64,000 nt of DNA from Somniosus microcephalus (taxonomy: Eukaryota). Below the pieces are notes generated by a model. The model was not told the origin of the DNA. It saw only the letters and a program-made list of their open reading frames with translations, and ran no database searches. Of the stretch, positions 1 through 11,379 are shown piece after piece. Position numbers and translations under genes: made by a program. How positions within the stretch are numbered: position 1 is the stretch's first letter; every line of letters starts with the position of its first letter. The stretch covers positions 31,124,001 to 31,188,000 of the forward strand of contig JBMRGM010000043.1 of the NCBI GenBank assembly GCA_052327205.1, read 5' to 3'.

Positions 1-69
1 TTGTTTACAAAATGGTAAAGACAATTGTAGATTCATTCCCCCGAAAGTTCATTGCAATCATGGGTGCAG

Positions 70-650
70 TAGCTTAGTGGTGACATAACTGGACTAATAA
101 TCCAGAGGCTTCGACTAATGATCCGAAGAAATGAATTCAAATCCCACCACCGGCAGCTGGGGAATGTAAACTCAGTTAAATAAATAAATCTGGGATAAAA
201 AGCTGATAACAGTAAAGGCGACCACGACACTCTCAGGTTGTTGTAAAACCCAACTAATGTCCTCCAGGAAGGAAATTGGCTGTCCTTACCTGGTCTACCC
301 TATATGTGACTCCAGACCCACTGCCAATGTGGTTGACAGTTAACTGCCCCTGAAATGGCCGAGCAAGTGGCGCAATTGCAACAAACCATTACGAAAAGAT
401 GTTACCCCTATGGTAACACCTTCCCCTCCAAGTCACACACCATCCTGACTTGGAAGTACATTGCCATTCCTTCATCGTCGCTGGGTCAAACTCCTGGAAA
501 TCCCTGTCTAACAGCACTGTGGGATAACCTTCACCACACAGATGCAGCATTCCAAGAAGGCGGCTCACCACCACCTTCTCCAAGGCAATTAGGGAGGAGC
601 AATAAATGCGGGCCTTGCCAGTGATGCCCACATCCTGTGAATGAATAAAA
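70..650 (+). mobile_element. Internally deleted non-LTR retroelement (tRNA-like head joined to LINE 3' tail)
   Basis: A/B-box-like head (agcttagtgg...gaattcaaatccc). The 3' tail 'aagaaggcggctcaccaccaccttctc..ggcaattaggga..aataaatg..tgaatgaataaaaaa' recurs at 17695-17805(-), 59080-59680(-) and 62340-62670(+). Confidence 0.6.
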
Positions 651-953
651 AATTATCATCCCTTGTTTAAATTTAGTCGTTGGTTTATTCATTGCTCGTT
701 TCATTCCAACCATTTTCTTTAATTTTTTTGCTATAAAATAAATTCAGAGAGGAATCATAAGTGTATTTTTGTGTGACCTCAGCCAGTTAATTGTCAGTAG
801 TTTTGAACACACTGAAAATCGGGCGATATTGAATTGGCCATCCATTATCCATCTCTCCCGACTTCCCTTCCACTGAAATAACCACTGATTCTACCTCGCC
901 AGCTGTGCACCACCGCCTGAGACCAATTTCAGCTTCCTGTTCATTAATTCCAG

Positions 954-1082
954 GCTAACAAGAATGGTCCCAACGACTATTGTGTCACATACGCCATAGT
1001 TAACCGTGCAAACACTGAAGCTAGTTTGGAAGGAGGCCCAATGGAAGAAGGCTGTGTCTACGAAAACTTTCCACGGAAATAA
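954..1082 (+). CDS. Terminal cytoplasmic exon of an upstream FCRL-like paralog: ANKNGPNDYCVTYAIVNRANTEASLEGGPMEEGCVYENFPRK* (ITIM plus distal Tyr motif)
   Basis: Pyrimidine-rich acceptor ttcctgttcattaattccag ending at 953, phase 0, stop TAA 1080-1082. VTYAIV fits the ITIM consensus (I/V/L/S)xYxx(L/V). AATAAA near 1663 and 1759. This frame is not in the ORF track. Confidence 0.75.
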   Translation, partial: ANKNGPNDYCVTYAIVNRANTEASLEGGPMEEGCVYENFPRK

Positions 1083-2059
1083 GAGCAAAGCAGGATTAAC
1101 AAGCATAGAAACAACAAAGAAAACAGAATGGAGGCAACGGCAATCAACTTGTGCTCTGCGCAAATTACCTGCCCTCAGGGACTTTAGTCTGAAGGCAGGT
1201 TAGGCCATTGTTCCTTGTGCAAGGCCTTCTAGGCACAGAGTTCGTGCCCGCCAGCCATTCAATTTATACGTATGTTTTACTCTGACAGGACTTTATATCT
1301 CTGCAGCTTATATTTTGCAGAGGGCTCCTACCTCTGGCTTTGGTGGTGCTACCTGCAAGACTATACTGTTTGTAAGACCATTACATCAGAATGTATACCC
1401 ATTTTATCCATGTTAAAATGCAATTAACTAACGGGCGTGTTGGGGCTCTTGCTCTAATATTCTGCCAGTGTTCTTGAATGCTTCCGTAACTGCAGAGGGA
1501 GATCAGTAGATCTTCTGGAGAAATTATGCAAATGGCCGAAGGTGGGAGAAAACCTGTAGCAATTTCCAGGGTCAATTTTTTCTTTAATAATGTTGTAAAA
1601 TGAATGCTATCAAATTGACCGCTTGTATAACCCCACGGCCTATTTACTTTTCCATTATTTTGAATAAAGGAAAAGCGGGCATGATGTACAATGGGAGCCT
1701 TGATTGATATCATACATTTCCCATCCTCGCCCAAATTCCAATCTATCTGACTGCCACAAATAAACTGTGTATAGAGTAACTGGTTACTGCTTAATCTTCA
1801 TCACCTTAGGGTTTAGCATTCGAGGGGCAGAGCGCAGGGTAATACATCTGGCGGGGAGGATGGCTTGTTACTTGCAAAACCCATCGAATTTTGCTTTCTT
1901 TCAGCCTTTAAACATCAGGCCATTCCGTTACCGGTATCCCTCTTGCCAAATCTTCCATCCACATTCTGGCGGTAAAGTCTGAACTCTACCTCACCATATA
2001 TTAGTGCCAAATGCATAAGACATAGCGTTTTGTATTGCTACATGATATGATGGGATTTT

Positions 2060-3010
2060 AAAAATTACACAGAATTTAAAGCACAGTAACCGGCCATTCT
2101 GACCAACTGGTCTGTGCTTGTGTTTATGATGCACACGAGACTCTTCTCACCTTCTTTCGTCTAATCCTATCAATATCTCCTTTAATTCCTTTCTCTCATA
2201 TGTACTTATCTAGATTACCCTTTAAGATATCTGTGTTGTTAGCCTCCACCACCTAAACTTCTGGAATTTCTATAAGTGGACTCCTCTTCTCTATGCCTAC
2301 CCTATCAAACCCCTTCATAATTTAAAATAACTCTACTCGTTCTCCCCTCAGACTTCTGTTTTCTACAGAAAAGAATCCCGATCTATTAGTTATATCTTGA
2401 GAGTTAAGACGTTTCATTTCTGGTATAATGCTCCTCAATACGTTTTACCTTCTCTTTTTCCTCTATGCATTTTGTAATATATAACAATAAAGAACATAAG
2501 AAGTAGGAGCAGGAGTAGACCATATGGAGCCTCGAGGCTGCTCTTGCATTCAATAAGATCATGGCTGATCTTCAAACTTAACTGCACTTGTTTGCCCGGT
2601 CTCCATGTCCCATGTATCCACTAGAATCCAAAAATCGATCTTATCTCAGCCTTGAATGTACTGAACGATTCTGCATGCACAGCTAATTCGGAAAGAGAAT
2701 TCCAAAGAGTAACTAACCTCTGAGTGAAGACATTTCTCCTCATCGCTGACCCATATCTTGAGACTATGCCCCCTAGTTATAGACTCTCCAGCCAGGGGAA
2801 ACAGCCTGTCAGCATATAACCTGCAAATCCCCCTCTGAATCTTATGTTTCAATGAGCTCACCCCTCATTCTTCTAAAATCCAGTGCTTATGGTCTCAATC
2901 TACTCAATCTCTCCTCATCGGACAACCCTCTCATCCCGGGAATCAATCTAGTGGAGCTGCATTGAACCGCCTCTAAAATGGAGACCACAAGTGTACACAA
3001 TACTTTAATG
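2060..3010 (-). mobile_element. Two adjacent CR1-type LINE 3' fragments
   Basis: ORF 2646-2861(-) 'RLFPLAGESITRGHSLKI' is the CR1 ORF2 C-terminus; tail aagaacataagaagtaggagcagg near 2490. Confidence 0.8.
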
Positions 3011-3889
3011 TGGCCCAACTACGTTTCTATACAAATTTGACATGGCTTCTCTGCTTTTCAATGCATTTCCTCTAGAAATGCACGCCAATACTTTGGTAGC
3101 ATTTTTAGGGCCTTGTCAAATTGCGTTACTAATTTTAATGATTTGTGAATGTGTACCCCTGGATACCTTTGCTCCTCTGCCACATTTAGATTCTTATTTT
3201 GCGAGGATAAAGTGCTTCCTCATTCCTTCTACCAAAATTCACAACCTAACTATGGTAAAATTCGCTTGCCATGTAGATGCCCATTCAGCATGATTATTAC
3301 CGTCTTTTTACATTTTATCGTGCTTCGACAATAACTTTTTATCGCTGAATAATAAATATAATGTTAAGAAATATTCCCTGTTGTTCACAGATTGAGACAT
3401 AAGTGTAAGTCTATTCACTAGGATTTCAACAAACCTTCTGCTAATTCAATGCACAAATAAAATGGCTTTAGTTTGAAACTGGGCAATGACCATGCCTTTC
3501 TGCCGGTGTTTCACTGGAGACTCTCTCCCAATGATTGGGTAGGACAGGGGAGGAAAAATGTATTTCTGGTGTCTTTCACTCATATTCCGGTGCATATTTA
3601 AAATATATATATTTATTTTAATCAATAAGTATTCTTGGATGCAGCACAATATGAATATGGTAACAATTAATTCTGAAGATGGCTCCAAAATGATTAATTA
3701 CTTTTTCGGAAAATTAGAGAATGTAATAACAAAAAATTTGTTAGTTTCTTATGGGCATTCCATATATTTATATAGCGCATTCTCAGTCTGTTTTAATCTA
3801 CCTATCGAACTAACACTCTGTGTTTGACTTACGACCTATCTAAATATCTGTCTGTTTCTTCATCCTCAGTCTAACAAATAATCAAAGGC

Positions 3890-5290
3890 ATGCATCAATA
3901 GGACAGTTTTAGTTCCAATGATAGATTTTATCAGTAGAATCGTACAGGTACTAACCATAGAACTCTTTCAGTCGGCAAGTATATGTAATCAACATAGGCC
4001 TGTACGAGTAGGAGTATAAAGTTTGAAAAATGTTCCTGTAACAAAAGGACAGTATACTCACTAATCAAAGATCCGCAGCACTAGGACAATATAAACAGTC
4101 ATTAAAATATCTGAGCCAGTATGACAGTTAAGTTATTAATCAAAGGCCTGTACCAATAGGACAGTATAGATAATGATTAGAGACCTGCAGCAGTCGGACA
4201 TTATAGGCACTAGTCATAGACCTGTAGCAAAAGGACAGATATTGGCCCAGAAATTCGGGTCTCCATGGGTGAGTACGCACGGGGTACTCACCAGTAAGGC
4301 CGATGGAAGTGCCGGTTTCCTGCATGCACTGCGCATTCGCGGGAAACTGGCACTTCCTTTCCACTGAAAGCAGGGGTTCAGAGGTCACGTGCGCGGGGGA
4401 GGCTGCGTGTGCGCATCTAACTTACGTTTTTCTTACAGGTTTTTCCGTGAGGGTAAGTCTGCAGAATTTAGAAATACAAAAAGCAGGCGTAAGGTCTGCT
4501 TCTTACAAGGTAAATGGTGAATTAATTAAATTAAAACATTTTTTTCCACAGGTTTATTATTTTTAAATACTTTACAGTTAGGTAAGTTGATTATTAGTCC
4601 CGTTAGAATAAAAAAATATTTTTTTCAAAAATTTCTATTATTGTTTAAAATAGTTATTTCTTGTAATTTATAGTTTGTTTAGTGCTATTTTGGGGCCGGT
4701 GCACTTCCTGTCAAGACTTATGAATGGAGCATTCCCTGCTCCGATTGGCTGCTCATGGCCCACGTAATCCCAGGGGACGCTTCAAACTAACTGTGCCCCT
4801 GGGATACGCAAGCACTGTGCGCCGGCAGTTTGACCAGGACCCGGATCGGAATCCCACGGGAGCCCACAACTCAACCGCTGGCGCGCTAGGTTAGTGCAGA
4901 TCAGGGGCTTACACCCGCAGGAAGCAACCGACCTACAATTCTGGGCCAATGTAATGAGCAATGACCGGCACCTCTAGGGCTATATATGTGCTAATAACGA
5001 ACGGCACGGTTAGTAAATTACAGGTTGCTTATCCAGTAGCTCTGTATCGGTCCCAGTCATAGACCAACACCAATGGAACTGTGCAGATTCTAATTAGAGT
5101 TTGCCACGATATTATAGATTGGGTATTTATCGGAGATCTGTGCAAAGAGGACAGTATAGCTACTAATAGCTGGCCTGTACTAGAAGTCGTGTCTAAGTAC
5201 TGATCATATACATTCTGCAGTAGGACAGTCGAGGCAGCAATCATAGACCTGCACCAGTAGGTGATACCTACAGTGAGCCCGAGAGAGGAA
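3890..5290. repeat. Degenerate ~37-bp minisatellite interrupted by a MITE
   Basis: Adjacent 37-bp units cctgtaccaataggacagtatagataatgattagaga / cctgcagcagtcggacattataggcactagtcataga. An uninterrupted paralogous array lies at about 35730-36430. Confidence 0.75.
4244..4947 (+). mobile_element. Non-autonomous DNA transposon (MITE, PIF/Harbinger-like)
   Basis: TIRs ggcccagaaatt.../...aattctgggcc, AT-rich core, flanks ATT/AAT. Absent from the paralogous site near 36090. Confidence 0.75.
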
Positions 5291-5479
5291 CAATATTGTG
5301 TGGCTCAAGGAGATGCCCCATTTAAGCCTCGTTTTGGGCTTCAGTTATTTGAGAGTCGAATCACCTATTTGCTAAACATTATTGACGGAATTAAGCTCTC
5401 GGGACTTAAATGGTTAATCGTGCCAGGGTGTACCACCTCCCTTACCCCTCTACCGTTGTACCAGGCCACATACACAGAG

Positions 5480-5857
5480 CGGGAGTTGACCACTTCCCTA
5501 AGCCCGTGAAAAAAACAAGCCTTCACCCTGGGGCCACAGACCAGGCCAGTCTCTCTGTTAACGTTACAAACTGCGGTTAGAATAAATCATATTTGAAACA
5601 GTTTGAACAGATTACTACGGCCTGGATTCCAACTGTTCGCTTCTGATAAGAATTCAGTTTAAAACTGACAGGGCTCAGGTAACTTTTCAGCGTTAGGGTG
5701 GATTCGTCATCGTGTCCGGTTTAATTTCCTCTTGGCTCCAATGTGGTCAGAAGTCACAGTGATCACAGTGTGCAGTCGGCTGGTGCATGGGCAGCGAGCA
5801 ATACAGCTGCAGACTGCTCTCGGGGAACTCGCTCCAGCCGCTGTCTCCTCATTCCCC
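5480..5857 (+). promoter_or_regulatory. Putative promoter and non-coding first exon of gene A
   Basis: Ets CACTTCC 5491, RUNX-like TGCGGTT 5572 and TGTGGT 5742, GATA TGATAA 5644, PU.1-like TTCCTC 5726. Donor gtaagt at 5858 and acceptor ttttcag ending 5955. Homologous blocks precede all four leader exons. Confidence 0.5.
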
Positions 5858-6039
5858 GTAAGTACCGACTCGGGATCTGCGCGTGCGGGCGTTTGGTAAT
5901 GAAGAAGTCGAACAGTGTCAGCGGCTGAATGTGATTCTATGATATCAGTTTTCAGGTGAACAGAACTGAAAACAGCTGATCCGAAGCGCGGGTCTTCACA
6001 GAGGGAGGTGGACTGCTTCTCGGATCCCCCGCATTCGAA

Positions 6040-6070
6040 ATGATTCACATCTGTCGCCTTCTGACCTTGT
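6040..6070 (+). CDS. Gene A leader exon S1 (MIHICRLLTL)
   Basis: ATG 6040, 31 coding nt, phase-1 donor gtaagt; conserved in four copies. Confidence 0.7.
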
Positions 6071-6641
6071 GTAAGTAAATCTCAAATATTTCCAGTGCCT
6101 TTGAAAATCAACGTCACTCACCCCTGACCGTTAACCAGATTAATAAGACTCATTCAGTGAGAGGGTGCTTCACAGTAAATTAATATTCAGACTTTATTAA
6201 GGTCAAACATTCAATTATACTGCATTGAAATGTCATTTCCATGCTTCAGTTTTAATCAGAATTTAGTGGAACAACAGAAATAAGTTTGATTAGTCAGGCA
6301 AACAGGATCTTTCTGCTCATCTAAGGTTGCAGCCGACCTTAGTCACATCTAAACGGTCCAATATTTATTATTTCACCAATTATTTAGCCTCACCTGCAGA
6401 AACTGCTTGCACGTTTCTTATTGTTGTCGTTTTGTTTATTAGAAAAAAATAAATGTTTTATGCGCTTCATCTCAAGTATCAGAGTTGGCTCAGTTGACTC
6501 ACTCTTACAAATTGCTCTTAATACATGCGGTGAGATTTACAGTGCGTGGGTTCTGTGGCTAGATGTTAAACTTGGTCCATGTCATTGCTTGATGATTTCG
6601 TGTGCGGCAGGCACGCTTCTTGTTAACAACTGCCACAGTGC

Positions 6642-6675
<34 letters not shown>

Positions 6676-6810
6676 GGCGGAGCGGGAGAGGGAGTCAGTG
6701 CGAAAGACAATCAGATAGGGACAGAGAGAGACAGATAGACAGAGATTGTAAGAAAGTAACAATTAAGCTGTCCACGAAGGAGAGTGACAGAGAGAGAGAG
6801 AGAGAGAGGG
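6642..6810. repeat. (GA)n microsatellite and purine-rich tract
   Basis: gagagagaga runs; paralogous tract at about 37800-37950. Confidence 0.9.
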
Positions 6811-7842
6811 CAGGAGTTTTTTTTTCAACTCAGTTTTGCAGATTCACGATGAAGGGCTTCTTTTATTTTCTGTTGTGAGGGAGAAAATAGACATTAACGG
6901 GACGACAACACTTGAGTTAACAAAGCTGAGGAGAACATATTTACTATGATTATACTTGACCTAAACTGACGGCTTAAGGGTGTTTGGCAAGGAAATTTAA
7001 AATGCTGCATCTTTAAAATTAATTTCTGATGCTGTTTATTGGAATTTAGACAGAAATGACTCTTTATGGCCACAGGACATTGAGGCTGCCTTCCTGTGAG
7101 ATGCTGACGTCAGCGCTCTATTGGCTTGTTAACCACTGGATCACAAGCCCAGCAAACAGGAACAAACAACAGGGTTTGCATCTTTAATGTACCACCGACT
7201 CTTTCACCAGAATCTCATCTATTTTAGTAACTTGACATCAGTTGTGGGACCATGTTGGTCACAGCTACTTCCACAGATTAATGAGGTAGAGCTTAAAATA
7301 TGTGAAGTTAACCTCAAGTTGTTCATTCTTGAGCATATAATAGGCCCCATGATTTATTTGTTGCACAGCACATGAAACCCACTTTTTGGAAATATTGGCC
7401 TAACTGAATGCTTGAAACATTCACCCTATTGAATCCTAGCTGGACAAAAGTCCCAGGTTCTACATGTTGAACAATGAAATACAGACACATCTGCATTGAC
7501 CATTGACCCTTTTGCAATTATATTTGCAAGGTTTGCAGCAGCAGGCATTGCCTTAGTAGTCTGATTCCTGTGGCCTGAGGCGCGACAAAAGCTTCCTGCT
7601 GCTTTCTGCTGCTAGCGGCTGGGTCATGTATTGTCTTCACGAGTATCAGTTGCAACCCAGGTAATACTTGTGATTCTGAATCGATTAAAGATGAGTTAAC
7701 TGATGATAGGAACATACCAACAGGAGTAGGCCATTCAGCCCTTCGACGCTGCTCTGTCATTCAATTATATGATGGTTAATCTGTACCTCCACTCCAATTA
7801 CCCCACTTTGCTCAACATCCATTGTTACGCTTACTCAACTCG

Positions 7843-8235
7843 TGTCAGCCGTGGCTCAGTGTATAGCATTCTCGCCTCTGAGTCAGAAGGTTCGTGTGAT
7901 TCCGGTCCCACTACAGGGACTTGAGCACAATCAACTAAGCTGATACTCCAGTGCAGTGCTGAGGGAGTGCCGCACTGTCGGATTGGCCGTTTTTTATAAT
8001 AGACGTTAAAGTGAGGCCCCTTCCAGGGTGTTTATCCCTGGTGCCCTGGGCAATATTTGTCCCTCAATCAACATGACAAAAACAGATAATCTGGTCATTA
8101 TCAACATCATTGTGTGAACATTGGCTGCCACATTTCCTACACTGACTAAACTTTAAATGTCCTTCATTGGTTTTAAAACGCTTTGGGAAGTTCGGAGGTC
8201 TTGAAAGGCGCTATAGGAATGCAACTATTTCTTTC
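7843..8235 (+). mobile_element. tRNA-derived SINE, SacSINE1/DeuSINE-like
   Basis: A box tggctcagtg, core 'ccctgggcaatatttgtccctcaatcaacat...ctggtcattatc', L2-like tail 'gaaaggcgctata'. The same insertion recurs in each leader module. Confidence 0.75.
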
Positions 8236-8801
8236 ATTTTTTAACGAAGATCTATCGATCTCCGTCTTCGAAGTACCAATTTACCCGCAAAATCCACAGC
8301 GGTTTTTGTAAAGAGCGTTGAAATTTCTCACTACACATTGTGTGAAAAAGTGCTTCCTGATTTCCATCCTAAATGGCCTATAAACAATTTTAATGAAATA
8401 TTCCCTTCTCCTTGACAGAACAATCACACTCATTGGCTCTCAGAACAATGATACATTTCAATATTTGTCAGTTTCCTTTCATCCGGCAGCAACTTTTCCA
8501 TATAGTCCTCAGACCATGGGGAACTTCCACAAAATAACAATTTATCTTTGTCTGTGAGAGGGACAATTGGCATCATTCGATATATTAATATTTTACATTT
8601 ACTTCAACTGAACTGAATACCTCGTGGCATGTATGGACTGGCAGCAAATGTGTTTCCGCCTGTTTTGTGTCCCTGCCGAAGTCAAATTTCAACCCCTGGG
8701 TGTTTCCTCTATTCAGCTGCCTTACAGCTGAGCAGCTGAGGTCAAACTTGAAGATGGTCTCAGATAATGAAACATATTTTACATTGTCTTCTCTCTTGCA
8801 G

Positions 8802-8831
8802 TGCAAATTACTCATCAGGCGACCACACAAG
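8802..8831 (+). CDS. Gene A leader mini-exon S2 (LQITHQATTQ)
   Basis: ttctctcttgcag | 30 nt | gtatga, phase 1-1; copies at 34877 and 44211. Confidence 0.75.
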
Positions 8832-9724
8832 GTATGATGACAATAATGTCCTTTATTGATAATAATCCAGTTGTGGAATGAACGCTTCCAATTTATATCT
8901 ATAGGACAACAACAATCCAGCAATGGAGTAATTATCAGCTGTTCGCCCGTGCGTAAAACTGTGGTTCTGGACTCGCCACCTATGAGAAACTTTCGGTCAT
9001 CATTTTCATTGATTCGGTGGGAATGTAAAGTGGGCGGTTTCTCTCACGGTCGGCCAATCAGAACCCCAGTTTTAAGCCTCGGCGCCAAGTTTAATGTCTA
9101 CCACAATATATTAAAGAAAAAGCGACCTAGAAATTTGTCTGTGTAACTGCTAGATCATTTAACTGTGGGTTGGCAGCGAGTAATCATAACTGAGTAAATA
9201 AATGGATGGATAGATAGACAGTTCTTTGTTGAAGTAACAGGGAATGCTAATCAAATTAGTGCAGTTCACTGTCGTGTATATAGACTTTCAAAAAATGCCT
9301 AATGAAGTACCACACAACTGATTTGTTCGCAAAAATCGTATTGTTATCATTGCGATTAAGGGGTACGGACAGCGTGGATAAGAAATTGTCTGAGACAAGG
9401 AAGCAGAGAATAGTTTTCAATTTTCGTTTTCTGTGATTGGAAGGGAATATTCAGTGTTATTCATAGTCATAGAGTTATACAGCACAGAAAGAGGCCCTTC
9501 GGCCCATCGTGTACACGCCAGCCATCAAGCCCTATCTATTCTAATCCCATTTTCGAGCTCTTGGTCCGTAGCCTTGTATGCTGTTGCGTTTCAAGTGCTC
9601 ATCTGAATGCTTCTTGAATGTTGTGAGGGTTCCTGCATCTACCATTTCATGATGATATGGAAATATATGGAAAGCGTACTTATTCTGTGTCGCTTTTATG
9701 CTTTCGCTAGTAAATCTGATGGGA

Positions 9725-10817
9725 GAGTGCATGGAGCACACTCCGACCATTCTGTTCTGCAATGACATACGGGGTGGGAGGCGGTGACTAGTGGTGTTTT
9801 GCAAGGATCAGTGCTTGGGCACCAGCTATTCACAATAAATATCAATGATTTGGATGAGGGAACCAAATATAATATTTCCAAGTTTGCTGATGAAATGACA
9901 CGAGGTGGGATCGTGAGTTGTTATTAGGAGGCAAAGTGTCTTCAAGGAGATTTAGACAAGTTGAGTGAGTGGGCAAAACCATTGCAGATGCAGCATAACG
10001 TGGATAAATGTGAAGTTATCCACTTCGGTTGGAAAAACAGAAAGGCAGAGTACTAAATAAATGGTGATAGATTGGGAAATGTTCATGTATAAAGGGACCT
10101 GTGTGTCCTTGTACCCCAAACACTGAAAGCAAATATGCAGGTACAGCAAGCAGTTAGGAAGGCAAGTGGTATGTTGATATTCATTGCAAGAGGATTTGAG
10201 TACAGGAGCAAGGATGTCTTTCTACAGTTATAGAGGGCCTTGGTGAGACAACACCTGGAGTACTGTGTGCAGTTTTGGTCTCCTTACCTAAGAAAGGATG
10301 TACTTGACATAGAGGGAGTGCAGCGAAAGTTCACCAGACTGGTTGCCGGGATGGCAGGACTGTCGTATGAGGACAGACTGGGTCGACTAGGCCTGTGTTC
10401 ACTACAGTTTAGAAGACTGTGTGGATCTCATTGAAACGGTTAAAATTCTGGCAGGGCTACGCAGACTGGATGCAGGGAGGATGTTTCCCCTGGCTGGCGT
10501 GTCTAGAACGAGGGGTCACAGTCTCAGGATACGGGGTAGGAAGTTTAGGACTGAGACGAGGAGAAACGTCTTCACTCATAGGGTGGTGAACCTGTGGAAT
10601 TCTCTACCACAGAAGGCTGTGGAGGGCGAGTCACTGAATATATTTAAGAAGGGGATAGATAGATTTCTAGACACAAAAGGCATCAAGGGGCATGGGGAGA
10701 GAGCTGGAATATGTTTGTGAGACGTAGGATCTGCCATGATCATATTGAATGGCAGAGCATGCTCGAAGGGCTGAATGGCCTACTCCTTCTCCTATTTTTC
10801 CATGTTTCTGTGTTTCT
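9725..10817 (+). mobile_element. 5'-truncated CR1 LINE (RT C-terminus and 3' UTR)
   Basis: 'HLEYCVQFWSPYLRKD' and 'RTRGHSLRIRG...VVNLWNSLP'; tail catgtttctgtgtttct. Confidence 0.92.
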
Positions 10818-11130
10818 AAGCTGGGTCCGGTGTAAATCACAAAATCCTGATTTGCATGGTGACAGAGGAGTACCGCCAGGAAAAGGCAGGTGCTTCTGCC
10901 GCCCAAAGGTCGGCCATTCTAAAAGTTTAAGCAGCCAGGGAGTTTCCGTTTACAACGTGCTGAGGTCGATATCAACGATGTAAAGTCATCACCAACTCAA
11001 AAGATCGATCCATGGGCACCCGATAGGTAGCGCCCATTTTGGACAGCGACTAGAAATTCTCTGTAGTGGATATTGCACAGATTAGTTTCAACAATTCTAA
11101 TCAGAACATTATTTTAATTTCATTCTACAG

Positions 11131-11379
11131 CCCATGTCCCAGAAGTAGTCCTTAGCAATCCGAGCGATGGAATCGTGAAAGAAGGGGAGATATTTTACCT
11201 GCAGTGTCGATACAGAGGCATGAATAAATGGGCTTATTGGTATAAAGATGAGACTTATATTCATTTTAAATATATGTTCTTTGAAAGATATGCAGATAGT
11301 CGCAGTGGAGCGTCTTACCAGTGTTCAGTGCCTTGGTCCTCCTCTGAGAAGAGTAAACCTCTGGATTTAGTCACCATTG
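11131..11379 (+). CDS. Gene A Ig domain exon 1
   Basis: ttctacag | 249 nt | gtaggt, phase 1-1; KEGEIFYLQC...WYKD...SGASYQC. Confidence 0.85.

Noticed and set aside
1006-1203. ORF-track protein MQTLKLVWKEAQ...
   Set aside because: Off-frame overlap of the ITIM exon 954-1082 and its 3' UTR.
3890-5290. CRISPR-like array
   Set aside because: Units are contiguous and degenerate with no unique spacers, and the context is vertebrate.
5707-6048. Recurrent minus-strand ORF (also 30852-31343 and 36913-37224)
   Set aside because: It is the antisense of the duplicated promoter/5' UTR; lengths and ends differ between copies and no domain is recognisable.
6460-6529. ATG...G|gtgag (MRFISSIRVGSVDSLLQIALNTC) as the leader exon
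   Set aside because: Not signal-peptide-like and interrupted by a stop in the module 2 copy; the 31-nt exon at 6040 fits better.
7843-7920. tRNA gene
   Set aside because: tRNA-like SINE head running directly into SINE core and tail; no complete cloverleaf.
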